A DNA stretch of 64,000 nt from an uncultured Solirubrobacteraceae bacterium (GTDB lineage Bacteria; Actinomycetota; Thermoleophilia; Solirubrobacterales; Solirubrobacteraceae). The DNA is taken from positions 1,061 through 65,060 of the forward strand of contig CAWJOS010000003.1 in NCBI GenBank assembly GCA_963844555.1, in the 5' to 3' direction. This document shows, in pieces, positions 17,860 through 25,764 of the stretch; the stretch's first letter is position 1, and each line of letters starts with the position of its first letter. The position numbers and the translations under genes were made by a program. Below the pieces are notes generated by a model. The model searched no databases. It saw nothing but the letters and a program-made list of their open reading frames with translations, and was not told the origin of the DNA.

Positions 17860-18192
17860 CCCCGGTCCATGCCCACCTCGCGTCGCCGCCCGCCATTGCC
17901 TCTGCGTAGGGTGAGGGCGCCGCGGGCGCGGTCGAGGTCGGTCTCGGCGAGGTCGAGTGCTTCGCTGATCCGTAGTCCGGCTCGCCAGAGCACGATGATC
18001 AGCGCTCGCAGTCGGGCACCGTCTGCGTTGTTGCTGGTGGCGCGCATGACGGGCGATGATCTCCTCAACCGGCGGGGGGGCCGGGAAGCTTCGGCCTTCG
18101 TATTTGGGTGGCCTGCCGTGGTGGTAGCCGGGCATCGTCACCGGCGACCCCTGGTGGCCGGCAGCGTCGAGTGGCCTCTCGATTGACGACAT
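17860..18192 (-). pseudogene. tyrosine recombinase/integrase, N-terminal and core fragment, frameshifted and truncated
   Basis: One frame gives ...GRPPKYEGRSFPAPPPVEEIIA. Another continues VMRATSNNADGARLRALIIVLWRAGLRISEALDLAETDLDRARGALTLRRGNGGRRREVGMD. The catalytic C-terminal half is absent. Confidence 0.6.
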
Positions 18193-18259
18193 GGCTCCTC
18201 CTTTGGAGCGGTTGGTTGACCGCAGGCTCTAACCACTTCGCTGGCGTGGGCGGGGCTAG

Positions 18260-18653
18260 GACGGTGGGGGGTGGAGTGCCCGAGGGCGGCGCGTCCCGAT
18301 CGTGTCGGTCCGCTGAAGAAGATCCTGCGTGAGGAGTGGATGCGCGCCGCCGTCCAGCGACGGGGCGGATCGTCAAGCGTTCGGTGCTTTCGGGCAAGTG
18401 GCAGGCCCGCGCGGACGGCGCCTGGGAGCGAGCCGGGCTCGCCCGCGTGACGCTGCACGAGGCCCGCCACACGTACGCCAGCTTCTTGATGGCGGCCGGC
18501 TACAACCTCAAGCAGATCCAGGAGTACCTGGGGCACGCGGATCTCGTGACGACCGGCCGCTACATCAAGAATCTGCCGGTTCCGCGCGGCACCACCGCAC
18601 GCGAGAAGCTGGAGGCCTACCTCGCCGCCGAAATCGGTCACTTAGAGCCCTGA
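18260..18653 (+). pseudogene. tyrosine recombinase/integrase C-terminal fragment (different copy, opposite strand), frameshifted upstream
   Basis: AWERAGLARVTLHEARHTYASFLMAAGYNLKQIQEYLGHADLVTTGRYIKNL has the HxxR, LGH and catalytic Tyr region. Upstream PLKKILREEW is in another frame. Confidence 0.65.
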
Positions 18654-18654
18654 A

Positions 18655-18678
18655 ATGTGGACAGGAATATGGACAGGA
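18655..18678. repeat. tandem 12-mer AT(G/A)TGGACAGGA x2 in an AT-rich att-like spacer
   Basis: Read directly, between the integrase remnant and the tRNA 3' end; local GC is far below the window average. Confidence 0.5.
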
Positions 18679-18784
18679 CTGTCAGCGCCGCTGATATCTG
18701 TAGGGGATGGTTGGGCACCGATGCCATCCAGTCCCTACGATCTACATCTGCCGTATTTCCAGGGATTTGCCCGAATTAGCTGAA

Positions 18785-18858
18785 TGCCGGAGGAGGGACT
18801 CGAACCCCCGACACGCGGATTATGATTCCGCTGCTCTAACCGACTGAGCTACTCCGGC
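18785..18858 (-). tRNA. tRNA-Met (anticodon CAT; could be tRNA-Ile2 if lysidine-modified)
   Basis: Reverse complement GCCGGAGTAGCTCAGTCGGTTAGAGCAGCGGAATCATAATCCGCGTGTCGGGGGTTCGAGTCCCTCCTCCGGCA folds as a 74-nt cloverleaf with a G1-C72 pair. CCA is not encoded. Confidence 0.9.
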
Positions 18859-18912
18859 GAGGGACCGGCCAGTCTACCGGTGAGGGGGCGACACCTATGA
18901 TCCCGCGCGCTC

Positions 18913-19779
18913 ATGACGACGCTGCTGGCGTACCCCAACATCTCCGAGGGGCGTGATGCCGAAGCGATCGCCCGGATCGGCGCGGCGTTCGGCCCCGGGC
19001 TGCTGGATGTTCACTCCGACGTCGACCATCACCGCAGCGCGTACACGCTGGCCGGCGAGCCGGGCGCGCTGGCCCGGGCGGTCCGAGACGGCGCGGCGAC
19101 CGCCGTCCAGCTGATCCGGATCGACACCCATGCGGGCGTCCACCCGCGCGTCGGCGCCGTCGACGTGGCGGCCATCATCTACCTCGCCCCGGAGGACCGG
19201 GGCGCGGCCTGCGCCGAGGCCCTCGTCCTGGCCGATCTGCTCGCTGAGTCCCTGGCCCTCCCGGTGTTCCTGTACGGGATCCTGGCCGGCGGCCGGACGC
19301 GGGCCGAGCTGCGCCGGGGTGGGCCGGCCGAGCTGGCCCGGCGGATCGCCTCCGGCGAGCTCCAACCGGACTTCGGCCCGTCGGAGCTGCACCCCACCGC
19401 CGGGGCGGTGCTCGTCGCCGCCCGGCCGCCACTGGTCGCCTTCAACGTCGAGCTGCAACCGCCGGCCACCCTCCAAACTGCCAGGGAGATCGCGGGCCTC
19501 ATCCGCGAGAGCGGGGCCGAGGGGCTGACCGGCCTGCGGGCGATCGGCCTGTGGCTCAACGAGTCCGGCCTGGCCCAGGTCTCGACCAACGTCGAGGACC
19601 ACCTCGCCACCCCGTTGCGAGAGGTGGTGGCCGCCGTCGCCCGGCACGCGCCGGTCGCCGGTGCCGAGCTCGTCGGCCTGGCGCCCCGGGCGGCGTTCGC
19701 GGGCTTCCCGGACGATGTTCCCCTGCGCGGCTACGCGACGATCGAGGATTCGCTGCAAAGGCGGGCTCGCACCGAATAA
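18913..19779 (+). CDS. glutamate formimidoyltransferase (FTCD N-terminal domain type)
   Basis: N-terminal LLAYPNISEGRD motif, 288 aa. Confidence 0.8.
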   Translation: MTTLLAYPNISEGRDAEAIARIGAAFGPGLLDVHSDVDHHRSAYTLAGEPGALARAVRDGAATAVQLIRIDTHAGVHPRVGAVDVAAIIYLAPEDRGAACAEALVLADLLAESLALPVFLYGILAGGRTRAELRRGGPAELARRIASGELQPDFGPSELHPTAGAVLVAARPPLVAFNVELQPPATLQTAREIAGLIRESGAEGLTGLRAIGLWLNESGLAQVSTNVEDHLATPLREVVAAVARHAPVAGAELVGLAPRAAFAGFPDDVPLRGYATIEDSLQRRARTE

Positions 19780-19797
19780 GCTCTGTAGCCGAAAGCC

Positions 19798-20154
19798 ATG
19801 GCCCAGACGAAGCGCAAGCGCCGGACCAAGCACCGCGGGAACGCCGCCGGCGGCATCGAGGTGCGCGGGCGCACCGGGCGCCCGCCGACCAAGGACGAGC
19901 GCAAGAAGCAGGATCGCCAGCGCGCGCGGGAGGCGCGGCTGAACCAGCCGCCGACCTGGAAGGCGTCGTGGAACCGGGCGCTGCTCGCCTCCGGGTTCAT
20001 GTTCATCCTGCTGCTGGTCACCTCGAAGTTCAAGATCGTGCCGTCGCTGCTGTTCGCGATTCTGGCGCTGGCCATCTACGTGCCCTCCGGCTTTTACCTG
20101 GAGAACTTCCTCTACCGGAGGCGCATGGCCAAGCGGGCCCGGCAGAAGCCATGA
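19798..20154 (+). CDS. small membrane protein with highly basic N-terminus
   Basis: MAQTKRKRRTKHRGN... followed by two TM helices; stop overlaps the next start (ATGA). Confidence 0.55.
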   Translation: MAQTKRKRRTKHRGNAAGGIEVRGRTGRPPTKDERKKQDRQRAREARLNQPPTWKASWNRALLASGFMFILLLVTSKFKIVPSLLFAILALAIYVPSGFYLENFLYRRRMAKRARQKP

Positions 20155-20801
20155 TCGACGCGCGCATGTTCACCGTCGGCCCGGTGCAGGAGAACTGCTA
20201 CTTCGTGCGCCTGCCCGGGGCCGACCGCGCCGTGATCGTCGATCCGGGCGACGAGGCCCAGCGGCTGCTCGAGGCGCTCGATGCGCTCCGGATCACCACC
20301 GTCGAGGCGATCCTGCTGACGCACACCCACTTCGACCACGTCGGCGCCGTCGCGCCGGTGGCCCGGGCGACGGGCGCGCCGGTCTATTGCCCGGAGCTGG
20401 AGATCCAGGTCCTGGCCGACATCAACTCGTACGTGCGCTGGCCCGGTTTCGGCCCGTTTGAGAGCTACGACGCCGACGAGACCGTCAGCGGCGGGGAGAC
20501 GCTCGATCTGGCCGGGCTGCGGTTCGAGGTCAGCTTCGTCCCCGGGCACAGCCCCGGGCACGTGGCCTACGCGCTGGCTGAGCACGGTGCCCTGTTCTCC
20601 GGCGACGTCCTCTTCCAGGGCTCGGTCGGCCGCGTCGACCTCCCCGGCGGGGACTGGCCGACGCTGCTGTCCTCGATCCAGCAGTTGCTCGACGCCTACC
20701 CGGCCGAGACCACCGTCTACCCGGGTCACATGGGGCTGACAACGCTCGGCGCCGAGCGCGAGACGAACCCGTTCCTGCGCGAGCTCGCGCACCATTCGTA
20801 G
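20151..20801 (+). CDS. MBL-fold hydrolase (glyoxalase II-like)
   Basis: LLTHTHFDHVGAV metal motif, PGHSPGH; sits directly upstream of hisS as in mycobacteria. Confidence 0.85.
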   Translation: MIDARMFTVGPVQENCYFVRLPGADRAVIVDPGDEAQRLLEALDALRITTVEAILLTHTHFDHVGAVAPVARATGAPVYCPELEIQVLADINSYVRWPGFGPFESYDADETVSGGETLDLAGLRFEVSFVPGHSPGHVAYALAEHGALFSGDVLFQGSVGRVDLPGGDWPTLLSSIQQLLDAYPAETTVYPGHMGLTTLGAERETNPFLRELAHHS

Positions 20802-20816
20802 TCCCGGAGCTCACCC

Positions 20817-22076
20817 GTGAGCACGTTCCAGGCCCCCCGGGGCACGTTCGATGTGCTTCCCGCCGATGCGGAGCGCCGGGCCATGCTGGAAGAGCAGGCC
20901 GGGCGGATCCTCGGTGCCGCCGGCTACGGCCGGATCGAGACGCCCACGTTCGAAGCCACCGACCTATTCGCGCGCGGAGTGGGGGAGGCCACCGACATCG
21001 TCCAGAAGGAGATGTACACGTTCGACGACGGCGGCGGGCGGTCGCTGACGCTGCGCCCGGAGGTCACCGCGCCGATCTGCCGCGCCTACCTGGAGCACGG
21101 GATGCACAAGCTGGCCCAGCCGGTGAAGCTCTGGTACCTGAGCAGCTGCTTCCGCGCCGAGGCGCCGCAGCGGGGGCGCTACCGCCAGTTCTGGCAGTTC
21201 GGCGCCGAGGCGATCGGCTCGGCCGGCCCTGAGACCGATGCCGAACTCATCCTCCTGCTGGCCGAGCTGCTGGCCGCGAGCGGCGTCAAAGGGGTGCGGC
21301 TGCGTCTCTCCAGCCTGGGCACGCCGGAGACCCGGGCCGAGTACCGCGAGGAGCTGAGGGCGTTTCTGCGCGCGCACGAGGACGGCCTGTCCCCGGAGGT
21401 CGTGGCCCGGATCGATCTCAACCCCATGCGCGCCTTCGACGCAGGGGACCGCCGCACCCAGGAGACGATGCGCGACGCGCCGCTGCTCCTCGACCGCCTG
21501 GCGCCCGAGGACGCCGAGCACTTCGACCGCGTCCGCCGGCTCCTCGACGACGCCGGTCAGCCGTACGAACTGGATCCGACGCTCGTGCGCGGGCTCGACT
21601 ACTACACGCGCACGGTGTTCGAGTTCACCTCCGACGCACTCGGCGCCCAGTCCGGGGTGGGCGGCGGCGGGCGCTACGACGGGCTCATCCAGCAGCTCGG
21701 CGGGGCGCCGACCCCGGCGTCCGGGTGGGCCGCCGGAGTGGAGCGGATGCTGCTGGCCGCCGGTGACGTGCCGGTCGCCCCGGGCCTCGTCGACCTGTAC
21801 GTCGCGCTGGCTCCGTCGGAGAACGGCGCGGCCGCCCGGACCGCATTCGAGCTCGCCCACGAGGCCCGCCGCGCCGGCCTGCGCGCCCAGATGGAGCTGG
21901 CCGGCCGCGGCCTGAAGGGACAGCTCAAGCACGCAGACCGCATCCGCGCGCGCTACGTTGCGATCATCGAGGACATGACCCAGGCCAGCCTGAAGAACAT
22001 GGAATCCGGCGAGCAGGTCCAGCTCGAGCCGGCAGCCGTCATCCCGGCGATCCTGCGCGGGAGCCGGCTGGCGTGA
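20817..22076 (+). CDS. hisS: histidine--tRNA ligase
   Basis: Class II motifs: FQAPRGTFDVLP, LRPEVTAPICRAY, YRQFWQFGAE, GGGRYDGL. Confidence 0.95.
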   Translation: MSTFQAPRGTFDVLPADAERRAMLEEQAGRILGAAGYGRIETPTFEATDLFARGVGEATDIVQKEMYTFDDGGGRSLTLRPEVTAPICRAYLEHGMHKLAQPVKLWYLSSCFRAEAPQRGRYRQFWQFGAEAIGSAGPETDAELILLLAELLAASGVKGVRLRLSSLGTPETRAEYREELRAFLRAHEDGLSPEVVARIDLNPMRAFDAGDRRTQETMRDAPLLLDRLAPEDAEHFDRVRRLLDDAGQPYELDPTLVRGLDYYTRTVFEFTSDALGAQSGVGGGGRYDGLIQQLGGAPTPASGWAAGVERMLLAAGDVPVAPGLVDLYVALAPSENGAAARTAFELAHEARRAGLRAQMELAGRGLKGQLKHADRIRARYVAIIEDMTQASLKNMESGEQVQLEPAAVIPAILRGSRLA

Positions 22077-23884
22077 GACAGGCTCCCCGGGCGAACATCT
22101 ATCGCGACAGCTGGGTGGGGGACCTCGACGCGCGGCGCGCCGACAGCTTCGCCCGCGTCTCCGGCTGGGTCCACCGCCGCCGCGACCACGGCGGCCTGAT
22201 CTTCATCGACGTGCGCGACCGGTCCGGGATCCTTCAGCTCGTCTTCAACCCCGAGACCGCCCCGCAGGCCCACGCCGAGGCCCACAAGCTCCGGTCCGAG
22301 GACGTCATCACGGCGTCCGGGGTGATCACCAAGCGCGCGCCGGAGAACGTCAACCCCCATCTCCCGACCGGCGAGATCGAGCTGGTCGTCGAGGACCTGG
22401 AGATCCTGTCGGACGCCGAGACGCCGCCGTTCCCCGTCGACGAGGACATCGCCGTCGACGAGAACCTCCGGCTCCGCCACCGCGCGCTCGACCTGCGCCG
22501 GACGCCGATGCAGCAGGCCATCGCGCTGCGCCACGAGGTGATCCGCACCATCAGACGCGTGCTCGACGAGCGCGACTTCCTGGAGATCGAGACCCCGTTC
22601 CTCACCCGCTCGACTCCGGAGGGCGCCCGGGACTTCCTGGTGCCGGCGCGGATCGCCTTCGGATCGTTCTACGCGCTGCCCCAGTCGCCCCAGCTGTTCA
22701 AGCAGCTCCTGATGGTCGGTGGCTTTGAGCGCTACTACCAGATCGTCCGCTGCTTCCGCGACGAGGATGCCCGGGCCGACCGGCTGCCGGAGTTCACCCA
22801 GCTGGACCTGGAGATGGGGTTCGTCGAGGAGGAGGACGTGCTCGACACCACCGAGGCGGTCATGGGGGCGGTCTTCCGCGAGGCGGGCTTCGACGTCCCG
22901 GCGCCGCCGTGGCCGCGCATGACCCACGCCGAGGCGATGGGACGGTTCGGCTCCGACCGGCCGGACACGCGCTTCGGCCTGGAGCTCGTCGATCTGGGCG
23001 CGGCGCTCGCCCACACGGAGTTCAAGGTCTTCTCCGGCGCCCTGCAGGGCGGGGGCGTCGTCCGCGGCATCAACGCCGGCCGCCGCGAGCTCGCCCGCTC
23101 GGATCTCGACGCGTTGACCGAGCTGGCCAAGCAGCACGGCGCCAAGGGCCTGGTGTGGGCGTTCGTCCAGGAGCAGACCGACGGCCACCCGTGGCGATCG
23201 CCGATCGCCAAGTTCCTGACCGGGGCAGAGATGGAGGCGGTGACCGAGGCACTGAGCGGCCGTACCGGTGACGTCCTGCTGATCGTCGCCGACCAGGCGC
23301 CGGTGGCCGCCCAAGCGCTCGGCGCACTGCGCCTGGAGCTCGCCCGCCGCTTCGGACTCGTGCCGGAGGGCACCCATGACATCCGGTGGGTGGTCGAGTT
23401 TCCGATGTTCACCTATCGGCCGGACGAGGGTCGATGGGACGCCGAGCATCACCCCTTCACCGCGCCGGCGACGGCCGGTGGCCGCCCGGCAGGTGTCGCC
23501 GACATGGACGACCCGGCCAGCCTGCTGTCGCGCTCGTATGACCTCGTGCTCGACGGCAACGAGATCGGCGGTGGCTCGATCCGTATCCACCGGGTGGACA
23601 TCCAGTCACGGGTGCTTCAGCTGATCGGCATCGACGAGCAGGACGCCCACGCGCGGTTCGGCTTCCTGCTGGACGCCCTGCGCTACGGCGCGCCGCCCCA
23701 CGGCGGGATCGCGATGGGGATCGACCGGATCGTCGCGCTCCTCGCCGGCCGCGACAACATCCGCGAGGTCATCGCGTTCCCCAAGTCGACGAGCGGCGCC
23801 GACCCGCTGACCGGTGCCCCCGCCCCCGTCGACGACCTGCAACTCCGCGAGCTCGGCCTCCGCCTCCGCCAGCCAGGGGCGTGA
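22073..23884 (+). CDS. aspS: aspartate--tRNA ligase
   Basis: GWVHRRRDHGGLIFIDVRDRSG, FYALPQSPQLFKQLLM, QIVRCFRDED, GGGSIRIH; GTGA overlap with hisS. Confidence 0.95.
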   Translation: MRQAPRANIYRDSWVGDLDARRADSFARVSGWVHRRRDHGGLIFIDVRDRSGILQLVFNPETAPQAHAEAHKLRSEDVITASGVITKRAPENVNPHLPTGEIELVVEDLEILSDAETPPFPVDEDIAVDENLRLRHRALDLRRTPMQQAIALRHEVIRTIRRVLDERDFLEIETPFLTRSTPEGARDFLVPARIAFGSFYALPQSPQLFKQLLMVGGFERYYQIVRCFRDEDARADRLPEFTQLDLEMGFVEEEDVLDTTEAVMGAVFREAGFDVPAPPWPRMTHAEAMGRFGSDRPDTRFGLELVDLGAALAHTEFKVFSGALQGGGVVRGINAGRRELARSDLDALTELAKQHGAKGLVWAFVQEQTDGHPWRSPIAKFLTGAEMEAVTEALSGRTGDVLLIVADQAPVAAQALGALRLELARRFGLVPEGTHDIRWVVEFPMFTYRPDEGRWDAEHHPFTAPATAGGRPAGVADMDDPASLLSRSYDLVLDGNEIGGGSIRIHRVDIQSRVLQLIGIDEQDAHARFGFLLDALRYGAPPHGGIAMGIDRIVALLAGRDNIREVIAFPKSTSGADPLTGAPAPVDDLQLRELGLRLRQPGA

Positions 23885-23946
23885 TGCAACTCTCCTACCG
23901 TAGGGGTACGTCAGTCGCCACACGTCCGGTGTAGGCTGCGGCGGCC

Positions 23947-24264
23947 ATGGACATCGAGCGCGCCACCGACCACTACGTCGTTCGCCTCATACCGCCGCGG
24001 CCGACATTCGCCGACGACATGTCCGAGGAGGAGGAGGGGGCGGTCATGGCCGCCCATGCCGCCTACTACGAGCAGCTCATGAAGACCGGGCGGATCCTCG
24101 TCTACGGACCGGTCCGGGACAGCACCGGCGCGTGGGGACTCGGCGTCATCCAGGGCGAGGCCGAGGACGAGGTGCGGGCGATCACCGACGCCGACCCGTC
24201 GGTCGTCGCCGGCCTCATGCGGGTGGAGCTCGGCACCATGCCGGTCGCCATCGTCCGCCGCTGA
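23947..24264 (+). CDS. YciI family protein
   Basis: 105 aa with YciI-like layout (AHAAYYEQLMKTGRILVYGPV ... DPSVVAGL). Confidence 0.7.
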   Translation: MDIERATDHYVVRLIPPRPTFADDMSEEEEGAVMAAHAAYYEQLMKTGRILVYGPVRDSTGAWGLGVIQGEAEDEVRAITDADPSVVAGLMRVELGTMPVAIVRR

Positions 24265-24293
24265 GCCATTCACCCCGCTCTATCCTCGCGCGC

Positions 24294-25742
24294 ATGGATG
24301 CGCTCGCGTTCGAGCACCACCTGACCTCCCCGCAGGGCCACGGCCATCGCCCACTCAACGGCCACACCGTCACGACCGGCGGCGGCGCCTGCTGCGACGA
24401 GGTCACCTTCTCCATCGCGGTCGAGAACGACCGCGTTATCGACGCCGGCTTCACCGCCCGGGGCTGCGGCGCCACGACTGCCGCCGCCAGCGCCGCCGTC
24501 ACGCTCGTCCGCAACGCGCCTATCCTCGAGGCCGCCCGGATCGGCCCCACGCAGATCGCGGACGAGCTCGGCGGCCTCAGCACCGCCAAGCGCCACGCCG
24601 CCGACGTCGCCGCCGAGGGGCTGGCCCGCGCCCTCGGCACGGCGGTCCGCGCCGACGCGCGGCTCCCGCACACCCCCAACGCGACCCTGGTCGCCATGAG
24701 CGGCGGCGTCGACAGCGCCGTCGCCGCCCACCTCGCCGCGCGCAGCGGCCCCACCGTCGCCGTCACGCTGGAGCTGTGGGCGGACCGGGAGAACGACGCC
24801 GAGCGCAGCTGCTGCTCGGCGTCGGCCGTCGCCCAGGCCCGCGCCCTCGCCCATCAGATGGGCCTGCCGCACCTCACCATCGACCTCAGGCAGGAGTTCC
24901 GCACCGGCGTCGTCGAGCCGTTCATCACCGGCTACGCGCGCGGCGAGACCCCCAACCCCTGCGTCGGCTGCAACGGCCACGTGCGGCTCGACGCGATGCT
25001 CGCACTCGCCGACCGCCTCGGCTGCGCCGCGCTCGCCACCGGCCACTACGCCCGTACCGCTGAAGAAGACCACGCGCGCGGTCCGCTCCTGCGCGCCGCC
25101 GCCGACCCGGCCAAGGACCAGACGTACATGCTCGCGGCGCTGGACCCGGCCTCACTGGCCCGGCTGCGCTTCCCCCTGGGCGACCTCCACAAGGCCGAGG
25201 TTCGCCGGATCGCCGCAGACGCCGGCCTGCCCGTCGCCGCCAAGGCCGACTCCCAGGACCTGTGCTTCCTGGCCGGTACCACCCGCCAGCGGTTCCTCGC
25301 CCGCCACGGCAGCATCCCCAACGACCCGGGTCACATCATCACCACCGACGGCGCCCGGATCGGCACCCACGACGGACAGCACCTGTTCACCGTCGGCCAG
25401 CGCCGCGGCCTGCACATCCACCATTCCGAGCCGCTGTACGTCCTGGACAAGCGGGCGGACACCGCCACGGTCGTCGTCGGCACGCGGGACGAGCTGCGGA
25501 CTGACCGGGTCGCCATCCGCGCGGCCCGCCTGCACCGCGACGGCGCCCGCGTCGACCGGGTCAAGCTCCGCTACCGCTCCCGGCCGCTGCGCGCGCACGT
25601 CCTCGACGACCTCGCCGCGGGGCGTCACCGCACCCTGGCCCTCAGCCTCGACGACGCGGCCGACGGACCCGCGCCCGGGCAGCTGGCGTGCCTGATGGAC
25701 GGCGACCTCGTCGTCGGCTGGGGCACGATCACGCGCGCCTGA
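24294..25742 (+). CDS. mnmA: tRNA 2-thiouridine(34) synthase MnmA with an N-terminal IscU/NifU-like domain
   Basis: Residues about 1-120: GGGACCDEVTF ... ARGCGATTAAAS ... AKRHAADVAAEGL (IscU layout). Then PP-loop AMSGGVDSAV, TPNPCVGCN, ATGHYAR (MnmA). Confidence 0.9.
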   Translation: MDALAFEHHLTSPQGHGHRPLNGHTVTTGGGACCDEVTFSIAVENDRVIDAGFTARGCGATTAAASAAVTLVRNAPILEAARIGPTQIADELGGLSTAKRHAADVAAEGLARALGTAVRADARLPHTPNATLVAMSGGVDSAVAAHLAARSGPTVAVTLELWADRENDAERSCCSASAVAQARALAHQMGLPHLTIDLRQEFRTGVVEPFITGYARGETPNPCVGCNGHVRLDAMLALADRLGCAALATGHYARTAEEDHARGPLLRAAADPAKDQTYMLAALDPASLARLRFPLGDLHKAEVRRIAADAGLPVAAKADSQDLCFLAGTTRQRFLARHGSIPNDPGHIITTDGARIGTHDGQHLFTVGQRRGLHIHHSEPLYVLDKRADTATVVVGTRDELRTDRVAIRAARLHRDGARVDRVKLRYRSRPLRAHVLDDLAAGRHRTLALSLDDAADGPAPGQLACLMDGDLVVGWGTITRA

Positions 25743-25764
25743 CCCCGCCTACACTGCAACCCCC

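Noticed and set aside
21953-23590. Very long antisense or alternative-frame ORFs. Examples: 21953..23590 opposite aspS, 25834..27780 opposite alaS, 28698..30002 opposite mltG, 32499..34073 opposite aroK-aroB, 42201..43940 opposite rtcB, and the 44623..46353 part of ORF 43774..46353 over the MFS gene.
   Set aside because: These are typical stop-codon-poor shadow frames of high-GC DNA. Their translations are Arg/Pro/Gly-rich low-complexity sequence, and each overlaps a confidently identified gene in the proper frame.
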